From a virus, in IMG/VR virus record IMGVR_UViG_3300011270_000006: a DNA stretch of 64,000 nucleotides; one strand, written 5' to 3'. A program made the position numbers and the translations under genes. Below, piece by piece: positions 36,490 through 46,390 of this stretch. The notes under the pieces were generated by a model. It ran no database searches, was not told where the DNA came from, and saw only the letters and a list, made by a program, of their open reading frames with translations. Position 1 is the stretch's first letter. The number at the start of each line of letters is the position of its first letter.

Positions 36490-36920
36490 TGCCTTTGGTA
36501 ATCAGCCAGCGTGCCGCCACCTGGAGGCAACCGCTCACGCTCATACCCTGTTGTCACTGCCGTATCACGGTGCGCAACAAAGCCATCGCACTGCTGCAAC
36601 TGCTCTGGTGCAACGTGCCAGCATGCCTCATAGCACAGTGCGTCATGGCGCTACGGGTGCCTGGCTCATGTTACGGTACCGCGTCAGGCTATTGGTTCTG
36701 TGCTGGCTGCTGGCGGCGTCACGCACTCATCAAATTTGCAGAACGCTACTGGCGCGATGAATTCATCGCGCTCTGTTGGCCGCGATTTGTGCAGTCAGGC
36801 GGTTGCACGGTAGTCTCGACGAGCAACCTGCGATACTGGTTGCAGTATAGTATCGAGGCGTCTGATGCTGAGATTTGCGCGGCATATGAGGCGTTTCGTT
36901 TAGGCAAGGAGGCAGTATAA
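36489..36920 (+). CDS. hypothetical Cys-rich protein
   Basis: TGATG overlap with the upstream gene; more than 10 Cys. Confidence 0.4.
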   Translation: MPLVISQRAATWRQPLTLIPCCHCRITVRNKAIALLQLLWCNVPACLIAQCVMALRVPGSCYGTASGYWFCAGCWRRHALIKFAERYWRDEFIALCWPRFVQSGGCTVVSTSNLRYWLQYSIEASDAEICAAYEAFRLGKEAV

Positions 36921-37801
36921 TGGCAATGATGAACCAGTTGAGGTCACCGCTTCCCTGGCAATGCGGCAAACATTATAGCGCTCAATTCATTTTGAGTCAG
37001 TTGCCTACATCAAGTCAGTACGGTATCTTTGTTGATGTATTTGGCGGTGGCGCAAATATCTTGCTCAACAAAGCCGTATCGAGTCATTTGGAAATCTACA
37101 ATGACATCAATGATGATTTAGTGAATTGCTGGATGCATCTGCGAGACGAGCCTGCTCAGATGCAGGAGCGCTTACAGTCCTTGCCCTATGCTCGTTCGCT
37201 CTATTACGCCTATCACAAGAGCCTTGTTGATGGCACACTACTCGATCCACTTGAACGTGCTGTACGATGGTTTTATGTATTACGTAGTAGTTTTCGAGCG
37301 GAAGTATCTGCGTTTCCTAACGGATGGAATGGGAGCGTCAAGGACAAGCTCACCCTTAGCGCGAAAACTTATCGCAATCTTGACTTCCATGCTATTGCTG
37401 AACGTTTTCAGCATGTGAATATTGATTGCCGAGATTTTGAAGCAGTTATTAAACAGTATCAGCAGGTAGAGGATTTGCGCACATTGCTCTATTGTGATCC
37501 ACCCTACATCAACTCGGAGCACTATTACAAACCCTCGAAAGACGCCAACTACACAGCATTTCATCAGCGTCTTGCCTGTGTTCTCAACGAAACGCCAGCA
37601 TTGGTGACGCTCTCGTATTACGAGCATCCCTGGCTTGATGAACTCTATCCTGCCGAAAAGTGGCGGCGCGTGCGATTTGAGACGATTAAGCATAGCCAGC
37701 GTACGAAACCTACGAGGGACAAGGCACCCGAATTGCTGCTCACCAATTACGCGCCAGCAAATGTCACAAAGTCGCTGTGGGACGCGGAGGTTGCCATATG
37801 A
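36920..37801 (+). CDS. Dam-like DNA N6-adenine methyltransferase (D12 class)
   Basis: Motif I VDVFGGGANI and motif IV DPPY (LYCDPPYIN). Confidence 0.8.
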   Translation: MAMMNQLRSPLPWQCGKHYSAQFILSQLPTSSQYGIFVDVFGGGANILLNKAVSSHLEIYNDINDDLVNCWMHLRDEPAQMQERLQSLPYARSLYYAYHKSLVDGTLLDPLERAVRWFYVLRSSFRAEVSAFPNGWNGSVKDKLTLSAKTYRNLDFHAIAERFQHVNIDCRDFEAVIKQYQQVEDLRTLLYCDPPYINSEHYYKPSKDANYTAFHQRLACVLNETPALVTLSYYEHPWLDELYPAEKWRRVRFETIKHSQRTKPTRDKAPELLLTNYAPANVTKSLWDAEVAI

Positions 37802-38160
37802 GTACGAGTACAGCAATCCAAGCGCTCACCATCGGACACATGCAAGCCATCGTAGAGCCTGACGTGCGCGATCCTCTGCAATCCCGTCAAACGGGCTATC
37901 CCAAACTGAGCTTGAGCCAATCGAAGCACATACGGCTCTGTCTCGCTGACAGCCGTGTCATGGAAGTGTGCGAGGTCAGCGATGACGATTTCCGTGCGTT
38001 CATGCATCGCCACCTCGACTGGATGCGGACAGGCACAGTGCGTGATGAGTTGCTCTGTGTGCTGGATGGACCGATGGATACCTATGCGCGGTGGTGGCTC
38101 TTGCTGGAGGTGACGAGACTAGCGCAGGTGAATGTGTTTGTAGAGGATGTGGCGCTATGA
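37798..38160 (+). CDS. hypothetical protein
   Basis: ATGA overlap with the dam-like stop. Confidence 0.45.
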   Translation: MSTSTAIQALTIGHMQAIVEPDVRDPLQSRQTGYPKLSLSQSKHIRLCLADSRVMEVCEVSDDDFRAFMHRHLDWMRTGTVRDELLCVLDGPMDTYARWWLLLEVTRLAQVNVFVEDVAL

Positions 38161-38525
38161 AGCAGCGTCATCCTCACCACAATGCCATTATTCGCACGTA
38201 CCGTGAGCAAACACAGCCCGCATTATTTGAAAACGATACTCAGGATATCTCGAAATTGCCACGTCAGAATAGCGTCTCAGCGCCAAATAATGCCATGCCG
38301 TCAAATGGCATCTTGCCAAGCATCGTTATTGGCGTTTGTATCCGATGTAGTGGCGATGCTACCGTTGCTTCTCCTGGTGGTAGCGCCTACTGTACTTCGC
38401 ATTCAGGATGTGCGCGGTGCCACCGATCCATCACAGCGTTTGTGTTCGATACGATGCGTGGTTTGTGGCTGTGTCCCTGCGTGATACACTATGGCGAGAC
38501 AGTGGCGCAAGGCAGCCTCGTGTAA
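38157..38525 (+). CDS. hypothetical Cys-rich protein
   Basis: ATGA overlap; CIRCSG...CTSHSGCARCH. Confidence 0.4.
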   Translation: MKQRHPHHNAIIRTYREQTQPALFENDTQDISKLPRQNSVSAPNNAMPSNGILPSIVIGVCIRCSGDATVASPGGSAYCTSHSGCARCHRSITAFVFDTMRGLWLCPCVIHYGETVAQGSLV

Positions 38526-38648
38526 TCGGCATAGCGGCGTTTTTTCAGCGAGAGATAAAATCCCTTGTCGAACTTGGAAAAACGCCGGAAATCGCCAACG
38601 GTGGGCGAGAAAAGGGCATTGTAGTAATGTGGTGAGGGAGGAGTCAGG

Positions 38649-38912
38649 ATGGCAAAGTCAACCTGCGGCAAGTGTAGCCAGATTTTCACCAGCGTCGTAT
38701 CTTTCGACAAGCATCGCACGGGTAGTTATGGTGATGCGATCTACACCAATAGCAAGCACAATAAGGTTATCGGGCATACACTAAGCACTCGGCGTTGCAT
38801 GACAGTGGAAGAGATGACGGCAAAGGGTATGGTGTTCGCGCATGGACGATGGGGAACCGGGCAATTCGATGGTGGATGGCTCAAGCGGGATGTATGCGAA
38901 GAGAGCGCGTAA
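38649..38912 (+). CDS. C2H2-type zinc-finger-like protein
   Basis: CGKCSQIFTSVVSFDKHRTG matches the Cx2Cx12Hx3-4H pattern; RBS GAGGGAGGAG. Confidence 0.45.
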   Translation: MAKSTCGKCSQIFTSVVSFDKHRTGSYGDAIYTNSKHNKVIGHTLSTRRCMTVEEMTAKGMVFAHGRWGTGQFDGGWLKRDVCEESA

Positions 38913-39052
38913 CACAAGAAAACACCGATTTAAATTCATTGACTTTACTGCGAGCATTAGATATACTGCGGCGGTATCAGTCGTTGCTCATGTTCATTGA
39001 GTTGAGGAGGCGCGTCTAGGGGTAGAGCGCACCTGCCTCGTGGAATTACAAC

Positions 39053-39658
39053 TTATGACTCGAAGATACCCTCAACCACACTGTGGAACTCTTCAACCAG
39101 TGCCTCGACACCAATCAGCAACGCATCATGGCTGGTAGACTGCAACGTCTGTAATCTGGACATCATGGTAGCAACCAGTGTTTCATGCCACCATCGCTGC
39201 TCTGATTTCGGTCCGTGTAGTTTGCTCCAGGCCACATCACCATATTTGCGAAGAGAGCGACGCAACTCTCGTACGGATTGCAACTTGTCGGCTACGATGA
39301 TCAGTAGCACGTTGGCTGGCACATCGGCGATGTGAGCGGCGTATGCTTCCTTGCGCACCCACCACGCTGATTTTGTTCCGGTCCCAGTACCAACCTCAGT
39401 GCAAGCGAGGACAAGGCTGGCAACGTCCTCGCTGATGGCACTGATGCGGACAATGGTGTGAGCACCCTGATCCTCCACTGCGTCATGGAGGAGTGCAGCC
39501 GCTACCGTCGCGTCGTCACCACCACAGGCCATCACCATACCCGCAACTTCCATGAGATGCGAGAGGTATGGCGTGCCTCCTGGGATGATGGAGGCTTTAC
39601 GTCGCTGGCTGGCGTGTAAATCGGACGCCAGCAAGAACGCCTGCTCGACAATTGTCAT
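39053..39658 (-). CDS. HD-domain phosphohydrolase (RelA/SpoT-type HD, ppGpp-hydrolase-like)
   Basis: HASQRRK..., YLSHLMEVA and HDAVED spaced as in the HD_4/SpoT hydrolase domain. Confidence 0.65.
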   Translation of the reverse strand: MTIVEQAFLLASDLHASQRRKASIIPGGTPYLSHLMEVAGMVMACGGDDATVAAALLHDAVEDQGAHTIVRISAISEDVASLVLACTEVGTGTGTKSAWWVRKEAYAAHIADVPANVLLIIVADKLQSVRELRRSLRKYGDVAWSKLHGPKSEQRWWHETLVATMMSRLQTLQSTSHDALLIGVEALVEEFHSVVEGIFES

Positions 39659-39673
39659 GTGACTTCGCTTTCT

Positions 39674-40015
39674 TTACCTGCGACGTGGAGGTCGCTCTTC
39701 TTGCGGCACCCTGCGCCCTGCGCGTTGACGCAGAAGTTCAGGTCCGGGGACGTGTGGCGTCCCATTGCCGAATTGTGCATCGCCAAATTCCTCATTGTGC
39801 CAATCGGTCCGCCGCTCCTGTTGCTGGTTGCGCCCCATTTCCTGGGCAATCTCTTCGCGGGTTTGAAGCTTGCCGCTCTCGCCGTCATAGGGATTACAAA
39901 CGCAGAGATCAATGCTGCACTTGCATCTTCCACACCATTCGCCATTCTTTAGTAGGGCATCCAGAGCCGCCGCTGGATTGAGCGGAAGAATCTCATTGTT
40001 GTGTTGGATAGCCAT
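39674..40015 (-). CDS. hypothetical protein
   Basis: ORF 113 aa. Confidence 0.4.
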   Translation of the reverse strand: MAIQHNNEILPLNPAAALDALLKNGEWCGRCKCSIDLCVCNPYDGESGKLQTREEIAQEMGRNQQQERRTDWHNEEFGDAQFGNGTPHVPGPELLRQRAGRRVPQEERPPRRR

Positions 40016-40070
40016 TCTGCTTTCTTCTTTCTGGGCATCAGCCCGATTGCTTTGCTTCTAGGGATTAACG

Positions 40071-40346
40071 CTATAAGTTACAGGGGCAGACATAGCCCCA
40101 CACAGACTTAGCATCAGCCAGTAGCCCGTCTTGAAATCCAACCATATGGATCGGGCACGCTTCTGCTAATGCCTCGACCACTTCCGCAAACTCTGGCGGA
40201 TACTCGTATATGACTGTAGCCTCTTCCTGGCTGTTGTCTTCAGACAGGATAATCTGGAGGTGGCACTCGCCACTTAAAAACTCAATGCTTTCTAAGTGGA
40301 AGGCTCGTCGGCCAATTTGTTCGACAGTATAAATGGTTGTATTCAT
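40071..40346 (-). CDS. hypothetical protein
   Basis: ORF 91 aa. Confidence 0.4.
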   Translation of the reverse strand: MNTTIYTVEQIGRRAFHLESIEFLSGECHLQIILSEDNSQEEATVIYEYPPEFAEVVEALAEACPIHMVGFQDGLLADAKSVWGYVCPCNL

Positions 40347-40458
40347 TGCCTGTTTCCTTCCCCGCGCTCATCACGCGGACTGCTTTGCTTCCAACATACC
40401 AGCACAATCGCTGGATGTCTTCCTCTGAGGCTATGAAAATCCTCAGAGGAAACTATCA

Positions 40459-40902
40459 TTACTTTTGTATAAGTCCGATCTGACGAACTTTCTCTTCCAA
40501 ATTGCTGACTTGGTAGGTTGTGCTATTCCATGCACGCTCTACCGCATCTGCCACCGCCATACACTCAAACGGTGTAAGTTCGCGCAATTTCTCGACAAGT
40601 GCAGTCCCGTCAACTTCCCATTTTTCAGCATAGCCCTCTTTGAGTGCATCGCTGACTTCTGCCCAGATAAGGTGCATGCTATAGGACAGATGTAGAGTGC
40701 CATTGAGCACATCCACCAAGAGCATAGCCTCACCTTGCGTAAAGGAGGGCAATGATCGCTGTAACATCTCATAGTAGCGCTCAAGGTCACGCTTGGCAAC
40801 CGTATGGACGCTCAGGCTCTCATCGGATCTTGCAGCCAGTTCGCGGTCAAGGATTTCGCTTGACCGGAACTGGATACGGGGGTACATGTTACCATCAGGC
40901 AT
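40459..40902 (-). CDS. hypothetical protein
   Basis: ORF 147 aa. Confidence 0.45.
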   Translation of the reverse strand: MPDGNMYPRIQFRSSEILDRELAARSDESLSVHTVAKRDLERYYEMLQRSLPSFTQGEAMLLVDVLNGTLHLSYSMHLIWAEVSDALKEGYAEKWEVDGTALVEKLRELTPFECMAVADAVERAWNSTTYQVSNLEEKVRQIGLIQK

Positions 40903-40914
40903 TAGAAAACCTCA

Positions 40915-41172
40915 CTACAGATAATAGATAGTTTCGCCATCTACGACATTGTCCCAGGTGGTCCAGTCGTTGAGCATATCCGAACTCTTGCCTGATTGCC
41001 ATGTTTCTTTGACTTCTGCCTCTTGTGCTTCTGCATAGACATCGCCATCCACGCAGAGCACACCTTGAGGGGTATGGAACTCATAGCGGTCCTTCATCGG
41101 GTTCCAGGTTGGCTCTGCTTGCTCATTGACGATAGGAGGTACGTAGGTTCCGAATAGCCATGCTATCTTCAA
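40915..41172 (-). CDS. hypothetical protein
   Basis: ORF 85 aa. Confidence 0.35.
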   Translation of the reverse strand: MKIAWLFGTYVPPIVNEQAEPTWNPMKDRYEFHTPQGVLCVDGDVYAEAQEAEVKETWQSGKSSDMLNDWTTWDNVVDGETIYYL

Positions 41173-41342
41173 TTACTTCACTTACCGTTACACCGCTGGA
41201 TACACCGAGAGTCTGAACGGCCTCATGAAGCTCCTGGCACGCGAGGGAAGGGGCTTTAGCTTCGAGGTCATCCGTGCTAAAGTCCTGTTGACCAATGGCC
41301 TTCGCAAGCAGGACAGACCTCGCTACGACAAGCGGGGCATGG

Positions 41343-42206
41343 TTACACTTGAGCATAGTTCACCTCTTCACGCTGATGTTCTACCCCTGGAAGTTCTGTC
41401 AGGCGTGCCCATGCATCCCGAATATACAGACAAGATCGATGCCAGCATTCCAGATACAAATCCGGCGTGTTAGTGTGACGCTCAGGATGTGCTACCCACA
41501 CGCCATTTTGCCAGAACTTCGCAAACTGTGTTGCCATCTTCTGAGCCATATTCCCATCCGCACTGATCACTTGAGCACAGGGAGAGAGCGTCTTGTACAC
41601 GTCCATTTGTTCATGTGGGCTACCACCCAGGAGATGAATACGGCGTCCTTCCAACTCCCACAGTGGATACCTTGCCCCACCGTATGATGTGGGAATGGAG
41701 TAGCCAATGGCGATATCATTGGGGAGCATCGCAACCTGGCCGGGTAACTTCGGGACAATGAGCGGAACCTCGCAGTACACTGCCATCTCCCTGTACTGAG
41801 TGAGAGCACGCTCAACATCTTGCAGAGAAACCTCCTCCTCAGAGAGGTCTAGAACCGTCGCGTATTTAGGCCAATGCCGACGTACCGAAAGCATATGCTT
41901 TGCAAAGTTGGGCTTGCGATATTCGATATCAACAAACTTCACCGGAAACCCATGAGCAGCACGCCCCGAACGAATGCCGATCAAAAAGCCTGCCTCATGA
42001 GCAATCCGCGTCAATCGCTCATTGTCGCCAGCACAGTAAATGAGGTCAAGACAATGAGAATTTCGTGACAAATTGTCACGTTTTTCGCCATTCCTCATCC
42101 GGCAAGCATTTTGTCGGCAGGCATCATTACAATGCTGTTTGTGCCTGCCTCGTCCTTGTTGAATCTGAAGCAATTTTCCACATGCCTTACAATACTCTCG
42201 CTTCAT
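41343..42206 (-). CDS. hypothetical protein with N-terminal Cys-rich zinc ribbon
   Basis: CKACGK...HCNDACRQNAC, then a ~250 aa domain of unknown function. Confidence 0.5.
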   Translation of the reverse strand: MKREYCKACGKLLQIQQGRGRHKQHCNDACRQNACRMRNGEKRDNLSRNSHCLDLIYCAGDNERLTRIAHEAGFLIGIRSGRAAHGFPVKFVDIEYRKPNFAKHMLSVRRHWPKYATVLDLSEEEVSLQDVERALTQYREMAVYCEVPLIVPKLPGQVAMLPNDIAIGYSIPTSYGGARYPLWELEGRRIHLLGGSPHEQMDVYKTLSPCAQVISADGNMAQKMATQFAKFWQNGVWVAHPERHTNTPDLYLECWHRSCLYIRDAWARLTELPGVEHQREEVNYAQV

Positions 42207-42469
42207 CAGACTATCTTTTCCTCTCTCAGAAATTCCACGTAAGCTGTGCCATTTATATCATGTGAATATTTAGAGCGATTCCACGCATATTTCCGAATAG
42301 CCCGAATGGATACTGGCTATATTCGTACATGTATTGACTCCTTTTCCCGCTTCTTTGTTTGTACTCACTTAGTACATTCCCATTGTACGACAATTGTACG
42401 ACAAAGTCAAGCAATTTTGTCACCTATTCACGCATCTCCCACAAATCGCAAAATTGGTCTTGCGCACCG

Positions 42470-42892
42470 TTATTCCTGGGACTCCAAACGCTTTAGGAGG
42501 CGCTTCCTCTGCTTGGCTTGGCGTTGTTTCTCCCAGGTCTTGCGTAGCCTTTCCGGGTCATCATGGCGCATCTTCTCGTAGCGCCAGTGTTGATAGGACC
42601 GATCACCAGCACGCTTTGCGCCTTTGGGGTCGTCTCGCCGACAGTCCACACACCAGGGCGAGATAAACGACGAATCTTGCCGACAAAGCAACTCAGAGAG
42701 GAGGACGGTTTTGCGGCACCGTTCGCATGGTCGGCGAGGAGCGCTATAGGACTCTTCGCCACGCTTAGCACGGTAGCAGCCAGCATACCAAGAGATGGTG
42801 AAGCCCTGCGCCTCCAGTTCGGCAATCATGGTTTTGCGCTGGAGACGTGAGGCGTTCGCCATGTGCGCAAGCATCATCTCAATATCGATCAT
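42470..42892 (-). CDS. hypothetical basic protein with CxxC pairs
   Basis: CERCRK...CVDCRRDD. Confidence 0.4.
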   Translation of the reverse strand: MIDIEMMLAHMANASRLQRKTMIAELEAQGFTISWYAGCYRAKRGEESYSAPRRPCERCRKTVLLSELLCRQDSSFISPWCVDCRRDDPKGAKRAGDRSYQHWRYEKMRHDDPERLRKTWEKQRQAKQRKRLLKRLESQE

Positions 42893-43027
42893 CTCTTCGT
42901 CACTGGACTGAATATCGATAAACGAATAATCATGGTGTAGTTCTCCCTCCTTGCTCAGGATTACGATAAATCGCGCCTCTACGGGTTCACCTGATGGATC
43001 AGTGCAAAATGATAGTGATACTCACGC

Positions 43028-43549
43028 TCAGATTGTTGGTCTGTCCTTGAGGTCTTGCCAATAGAACGCTAACTCCTTCTGTCGCTGTCGTATACCTCGT
43101 GCATCCATCCCGTCTGCCGTTACCAGCGCTGCCGTGATCACCTCTTGCAACTTCGTGTACTCATCATCACTCAAAGCCTTTGCCAGCCCAAACATCTCGA
43201 CGCTATTGCCTGTTTCGATGAAGCGCAGAAAGAGCCGTTTGCGTTCTCTGACGTACTCAATTGGCGGCAAGAGTGGCTCACCTGTACCGCCTCCTGGCAA
43301 CGCGTTGGCGCAGATGGTGACGCACTCATTGAACAAAGAGAACTTCTTGTCCCAATCGGGTGCATCGGGATCGCCGGGTGCAATTTCGGCGCTGATCTGC
43401 GTTTGGCTGGCACCATGTCCTTTGATGACAAAGTTGCCGAGTGGCCCTAGCGTGCGGTGTGTGAAGAGATAGACACGGGAGCCATCAGCCCGATTGGTTG
43501 CGGTGGTCGTAACGCCATTGGGTAAAGCGTCTGGGGTGAGTCGTTGCAT
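43028..43549 (-). CDS. hypothetical protein
   Basis: Start at 43549 with strong RBS GGAGGA; divergent from parA. Confidence 0.5.
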   Translation of the reverse strand: MQRLTPDALPNGVTTTATNRADGSRVYLFTHRTLGPLGNFVIKGHGASQTQISAEIAPGDPDAPDWDKKFSLFNECVTICANALPGGGTGEPLLPPIEYVRERKRLFLRFIETGNSVEMFGLAKALSDDEYTKLQEVITAALVTADGMDARGIRQRQKELAFYWQDLKDRPTI

Positions 43550-43699
43550 TGTGTCCTCCATTCGTGTTTGGCTCAAGATTACTGCATTGTGTGACTTGTG
43601 GCGAGTGAGCGGGACTTGCGTACCAGTTGAGGGAAGCGAACAGAAATTCGTTGACTCGCCATCCTGCGTAATCAATAATGCATTCATAAGTGGATAGTA

Positions 43700-43719
43700 A
43701 CTTGCTAGGTAGCAAGTTT
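43700..43719. promoter_or_regulatory. 20-bp palindrome AACTTGCTAgGTAGCAAGTT in the parA promoter region (parS/operator candidate)
   Basis: Near-perfect dyad seen directly; a second copy is at 45517-45536. Confidence 0.5.
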
Positions 43720-43742
43720 GTGAAAGGAAGGACACTGACAGG

Positions 43743-44723
43743 ATGGCGCATATTTACGTAGTCACCAATCAGAAGGGTGGCGTGAAGAAGACTACCAATA
43801 CTATTCAACTCGGCTATCAGTTCGCCAATCGAGGGTACAAGACGTTGCTGGTGAGTTTAGATCCACAATGCAACATCGACTACACCTTGCTTGGATACGT
43901 CGAGGATGAAGAGGAATTGAGTGATGACGACCTTGCCGCATTTCAGCAGGAGTTTGCGCAATTCGAGGATGAGTATGAGTTAGATGAGGCGGAAATGCAT
44001 CTAGATGATGACGAGAGCAGTGAGGAGCCTGTCTATCCAGGGTTTGGTGTGCCGACGCTCTATGATGTTATTCTTGGCATAAATGGAGAACCTCGCAAAA
44101 AACGGCCTATTGACGAAGTGATTGTGGCAGTGCCGCAGCAGCCGAACCTTTATCTTGCAAAAGGATCAATCGCCCTCTCGGATATGGATATCAAATTAGC
44201 GGCCACGAATGGACGTGAGAAGATCTTGAAACGTGCCATTGACACAATTACTAACGACTATGACATCATCCTTATTGATACACCGCCGACACTAGGACTT
44301 GCCCCAGTGAACGCTTTTTTTGCAGCGGGAAATCTGGTGAAACGGACGAATGGCATCGTTATCGCCATTTCGCCTCAAGCCTATTCGGTTCTGGGCATTC
44401 GCACACTACTTGGTGCATTTCTCGAATTACGCACTGCACTGGAAATACCTCTGCCGATATTTGGGGTTATCTGTGCTGACGTGAAACGAACGAAGAATGC
44501 CAGAAAACGCATTGTACAAGTTCGCCAATTCTTTCGTAAGGCCGTCTTTCAAACGATTATCCCGCAAAATGAGAAAGTGGAGGAGGCTGCCGATGTGCAA
44601 TTACCTCTGATGCAATTTGCCCCAAATAGTCCTGGTGCCAAAGCGTATGCAAGCCTTGCTGACGAATTCTTGCGCCGTGCCGGTTTGCCACTACAGAAGC
44701 AGGAGGAAGTGACTCATGCCTGA
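43743..44723 (+). CDS. parA: ParA/Soj-family partition ATPase with acidic insertion
   Basis: Deviant Walker A NQKGGVKKTT; Walker A' and B motifs; C-terminal region typical of ParA. Confidence 0.85.
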   Translation: MAHIYVVTNQKGGVKKTTNTIQLGYQFANRGYKTLLVSLDPQCNIDYTLLGYVEDEEELSDDDLAAFQQEFAQFEDEYELDEAEMHLDDDESSEEPVYPGFGVPTLYDVILGINGEPRKKRPIDEVIVAVPQQPNLYLAKGSIALSDMDIKLAATNGREKILKRAIDTITNDYDIILIDTPPTLGLAPVNAFFAAGNLVKRTNGIVIAISPQAYSVLGIRTLLGAFLELRTALEIPLPIFGVICADVKRTKNARKRIVQVRQFFRKAVFQTIIPQNEKVEEAADVQLPLMQFAPNSPGAKAYASLADEFLRRAGLPLQKQEEVTHA

Positions 44724-45162
44724 TCCATTAGCACGCCGTCCCAGTCCCAAAAGAGAGTTACTTTCCGATACGGGAAAGCTTGAGAATGGAGGCGGTGAGA
44801 AAGAGGAGTCCACTGCGCAGCTACCACCAGAGCCAGAGGTAAAGCCTACAATGGTGCCGCCAGTTCTACCGCCTGCACCTGCGCAGTATTCGGTGATGGC
44901 ACCATCGTCATTCCTGCCGCCTGGTCAACCGATGTCACATGATCGCCGCAGCAAGGTGCCGTTTGAGCAACGGTATAAAAAAGAGAATATCCAGGTAGAT
45001 CGTCGGCTACTGCCCTATTTCTACGATCTTGTCTCTCGTGGCAATAGCCGCGTGTCTGTCATCAACGAAGTGCTGCTCAAGGTGCTCGTCGAAGCTGGCT
45101 ATCCTGTCGATCCACGATTGCTTGAGCGTCCCTTCTCCTGGGATGATGTACCAAGATCATGA
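44716..45162 (+). CDS. putative partition adaptor/centromere-binding protein (ParB-like functional analog)
   Basis: Overlaps the parA stop; Pro-rich N-terminus, basic C-terminus; this position and size fit type Ib partner proteins. Confidence 0.4.
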   Translation: MPDPLARRPSPKRELLSDTGKLENGGGEKEESTAQLPPEPEVKPTMVPPVLPPAPAQYSVMAPSSFLPPGQPMSHDRRSKVPFEQRYKKENIQVDRRLLPYFYDLVSRGNSRVSVINEVLLKVLVEAGYPVDPRLLERPFSWDDVPRS

Positions 45163-45440
45163 ACCAGTTATGAGCGGCTTGTTAGCATGAGTCGCTCATA
45201 ACCCACAACTGAGATGCTCCCATCTTGCTTATAAACTCCTCACAAGCCGCTCAGTAGCCATTCATCTTTCGCTTATCTTTCGCTTATCTTCTGCTCATTT
45301 CACCTTCATAAGCACCTCTAGAGAGCCTTGTTACCATCTTGTGAAGTGCTTGTGCTTACCTTATGAGAAGATAGAGAAGACTTCATGCTGATCTTCTCTC
45401 CTACTTATGAGCAAGTTAGTAAGAGTTTGTGACCACTTCA
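45163..45440. repeat. noncoding repeat region with TTATGAG iterons, one inverted copy and a tandem TCTTTCGCTTATC x2
   Basis: agTTATGAGcgg at 45169, inverted CGCTCATAAC at 45198, tandem tctttcgcttatc at 45266-45291, TTATGAGaag at 45364, TTATGAGcaag at 45407. Confidence 0.4.
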
Positions 45441-45516
45441 GCATTACTGTTTGGAATTGAGCTTAAATATCTACATAAGCAAGAAGAGATGTAGAGAACG
45501 TTGTAAGACGATGATA

Positions 45517-45536
45517 ACTTGCTACGTAGCAGGTTG
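45517..45536. promoter_or_regulatory. second copy of the palindrome AACTTGCTAcGTAGCAgGTT, downstream of the par operon
   Basis: Core GCTACGTAGC is perfect; matches the site at 43700. Confidence 0.5.
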
Positions 45537-45822
45537 TTACTACCAGTAGATGTATTCTCTCTTATCGTCCCCATCAGGCCGTCGTCGTCCTGTCTCTGGA
45601 CTGCGAAACCATCCCTGCGGCTCCTCGTCCTTTTCGCTATCCCACGCGTTCAGGCTGCTCACGGCAGCTTCGTGGTTCGCAAATCAGTAGGAGACATCGA
45701 CGGACATTTCATCGTAACGATTGCAGATGCTCAGTCGCGCTCGTCCGCCGATAAGTGGGTAGACGATAACTTTGCGTCCATCGGGCAGGATGCGTTCTGC
45801 GTAACGTTTGGGATCTCTCATG

Positions 45823-46389
45823 TTAGTTCCATCCTGCTTTACCTACCAGCATCTGGGCGAACTTCTTGTCACTTAGTTTGGCGCTATCCCATCCAGCCAG
45901 GAAACTGGTAAGCAGTCCATCCTGCGTTACGGTAATCTCACCGTAGGACAGCAAGTCGATGAGGCTACCATCACGTGTACGAATCATCTCATAGGAATGC
46001 ATCTCATGGCTCATGGTGCCGCCTGTGTTGTGCGCCGTGTAGATCATGACGATCTCCTTACGCTTTGGATCTTTCGATGGTGACACGCGCTTGACTGGCT
46101 TCCCATCTTTCACTCGGTACTCGCTCATCCACATCTCACATACAAACGTCACCCGCGCCAACTTGCGCCTCTGGTGACTTTGCCCTATCTGTCGTCCTGC
46201 GCCGAAAAGCATAGCGGATCTCTCATCGGCAGTGTTTGGCAACATAACTCCACAGAGGATCAGTTCAGCCTGCGCCTCTGGTGTGGCCGCTATCTCGATA
46301 AAGAGTGTCGGCATGTACTCGCCGTGCTTGAGGATGCTCTCTTTGACATGTTCAATGATGTCTTCGATGTCCATACTGTTCCTTTCCAC
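45823..46389 (-). CDS. hypothetical protein
   Basis: ORF 188 aa. Confidence 0.5.
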   Translation of the reverse strand: MERNSMDIEDIIEHVKESILKHGEYMPTLFIEIAATPEAQAELILCGVMLPNTADERSAMLFGAGRQIGQSHQRRKLARVTFVCEMWMSEYRVKDGKPVKRVSPSKDPKRKEIVMIYTAHNTGGTMSHEMHSYEMIRTRDGSLIDLLSYGEITVTQDGLLTSFLAGWDSAKLSDKKFAQMLVGKAGWN

Positions 46390-46390
46390 A

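Noticed and set aside
38951-38979. Plus-strand promoter-like TTGACT-17-TATACT
   Set aside because: The consensus is good, but it points into a convergent minus-strand gene block with no plus-strand gene downstream. It could be a chance match or an antisense promoter.
45519-45911. 130-aa plus-strand ORF
   Set aside because: It begins inside the repeat-rich parS-like noncoding region and overlaps the 3' end of the minus-strand gene 45823-46389. There is no RBS.
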